A DNA stretch of 28,476 nucleotides from an uncultured Bacilli bacterium (GTDB lineage: Bacteria; Bacillota_I; Bacilli_A; RF39; UBA660): NCBI GenBank assembly GCA_947626095.1, contig CANQQV010000018.1, positions 1 to 28,476 on the forward strand, written 5' to 3'. Numbering within the stretch: position 1 is the first letter of the stretch; the number at the start of each line of letters is the position of its first letter. The notes beneath the pieces were generated by a model that was not told the origin of the DNA, did no database searches, and worked only from the letters and a program-made list of their open reading frames with translations. Shown piece after piece: positions 27,444-28,476 of the stretch. A program made the translations under genes and the position numbers.

Positions 27444-27445
27444 AT

Positions 27446-28246
27446 TTATTTTTCTAAAACAGCTAAAATATGCCCACTATATCCTATTAAATCTTCTCTT
27501 TCACATACTGACAAATGATATTTAATATACATTTCATATTCTTCATCTGTCATATTATTAATAACATCTTTCATAAGTCTGCCAACTCCATCAGTAGCTA
27601 CATAACAAACATTTTTAACGTTAAACTTACTAACCAAATTTTTAACCTCATCAAAATATCTCATATTAAATATTAAATCTTCCGAATTATTAGGTTTAAA
27701 ATCTAACGTAACTTGTTTATTATCACCATAATTATCATAAATATTTTTATCTTGAAATCCCCAAGTTAGCATTGTTAAATCAAACAATATAAAAGCTACT
27801 AGTATTTTACCACCTGGCTTTGTAACTCTTATAGCTTCTTCCATCGCTTTATCTTCTTCATTTTTTTTAAACAAATGATATAAAGGTCCTAAAACTAACG
27901 TTATATCAAACGTATTATCTTCATACATCGATAAATCTAAAGCATTACCTTGTATTGCCTTTATCTTCATATTATCTTTTATTTTACTTTTCATCACATC
28001 AAGATTCGCTTCAACTAACTCTAATGCATCAACCTGATATCCTTTATTAGCATAATACAATGAATATATTCCTGTACCAGTTCCTACTTCTAATATTCTA
28101 GAACCGGCTTTTAAATATCTATCAATATACTTAGTTGTTGTCACAAATTCAATATGATGCATCTTATCTCGAATTAATCTTTCTTCTTCAGCTGATCCAT
28201 CACTATAAAAACTATTTAATATACTATCTATATTTCTATCTGCCAT
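27446..28246 (-). CDS. Class I SAM-dependent methyltransferase
   Basis: ILEVGTGTG motif I, DALE, GNALDLS..DNTFDITLVLGPLYHL and RVTKPGG; GGAGAG RBS; TG-A-TATAAT at 28303-28311. Confidence 0.9.
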   Translation of the reverse strand: MADRNIDSILNSFYSDGSAEEERLIRDKMHHIEFVTTTKYIDRYLKAGSRILEVGTGTGIYSLYYANKGYQVDALELVEANLDVMKSKIKDNMKIKAIQGNALDLSMYEDNTFDITLVLGPLYHLFKKNEEDKAMEEAIRVTKPGGKILVAFILFDLTMLTWGFQDKNIYDNYGDNKQVTLDFKPNNSEDLIFNMRYFDEVKNLVSKFNVKNVCYVATDGVGRLMKDVINNMTDEEYEMYIKYHLSVCEREDLIGYSGHILAVLEK

Positions 28247-28367
28247 ACCTAAAACTCTCCTAAACTACAATCATTTTTTTCTAGTATTTATTCTCTATCC
28301 AAATTATATCATATTTTTTTAATCCATTTACTTCATTAACACCATATTATTTATATTTAAAAACCAT

Positions 28368-28400
28368 AAAAAACAAAAATGCTAGGTCTTTCGACCTAGC
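28368..28400 (-). terminator. Strong intrinsic terminator of a transcript entering from the right edge
   Basis: Minus RNA GCUAGGUC-GAAA-GACCUAGC (28381-28400) followed by AUUUUUGUUUUUU. Confidence 0.85.
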
Positions 28401-28476
28401 TTCAGGGGGCGGTTAGTATTCACGCACTTTTAAGTTTATTTGAATACTTTTACCTTTATTTTAAATCTTTTAAAAT

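Noticed and set aside
12169-28246. Microcin C biosynthetic cluster (S66, exporter and methyltransferase nearby)
   Set aside because: No ThiF/MccB adenylyltransferase and no precursor peptide gene were noticed; the ABC and methyltransferase genes have their own promoters and terminators
1-28476. Mollicutes-type genetic code 4 (TGA=Trp), suggested by the low GC content
   Set aside because: Long genes are intact under code 11, Trp is TGG, and TGA ends the helicase (9967) and S66 (16564) genes at sensible positions
1-28476. CRISPR array, tRNA/rRNA, IS element, integrase or prophage
   Set aside because: No spaced direct repeats, cloverleaf-like GC-rich segments or transposase/integrase/phage motifs were seen by eye

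Overview
Very AT-rich, compact chromosomal segment from a low-GC Bacillota (Bacilli-like) genome. The protein repertoire suggests an uncultured RF39-type lineage, but that is inference only. Standard code 11 applies (TGA is used as a stop). About 27 CDS are supportable, all but one on the minus strand, with unusually legible sigma-A/extended -10 promoters and intrinsic terminators. Recognisable genes: aspS under an Asp (GAC) T-box riboswitch, two S66 (MccF/LdcA) peptidases, a MarR regulator with operator plus a heterodimeric ABC exporter, a UvrD/helicase-IV-like helicase, an SDR coupled to a YnbB-family PLP enzyme, a MazG-like pyrophosphohydrolase, DUF1292, a DUF5305-like protein, a class I methyltransferase and many orphan membrane-anchored proteins. 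The most interesting part is 21227-27370. It holds an operon of a membrane-anchored protein, a pilin-like/Ig/L,D-transpeptidase fusion and an S66 peptidase carrying the MccF-type Trp loop. That operon ends directly on the promoter of T-box-aspS (AspRS is the microcin C target), and aspS is itself coupled to an orphan gene. No mobile element, CRISPR array, tRNA or rRNA was seen. Family assignments come from motif recognition, not from database searches.
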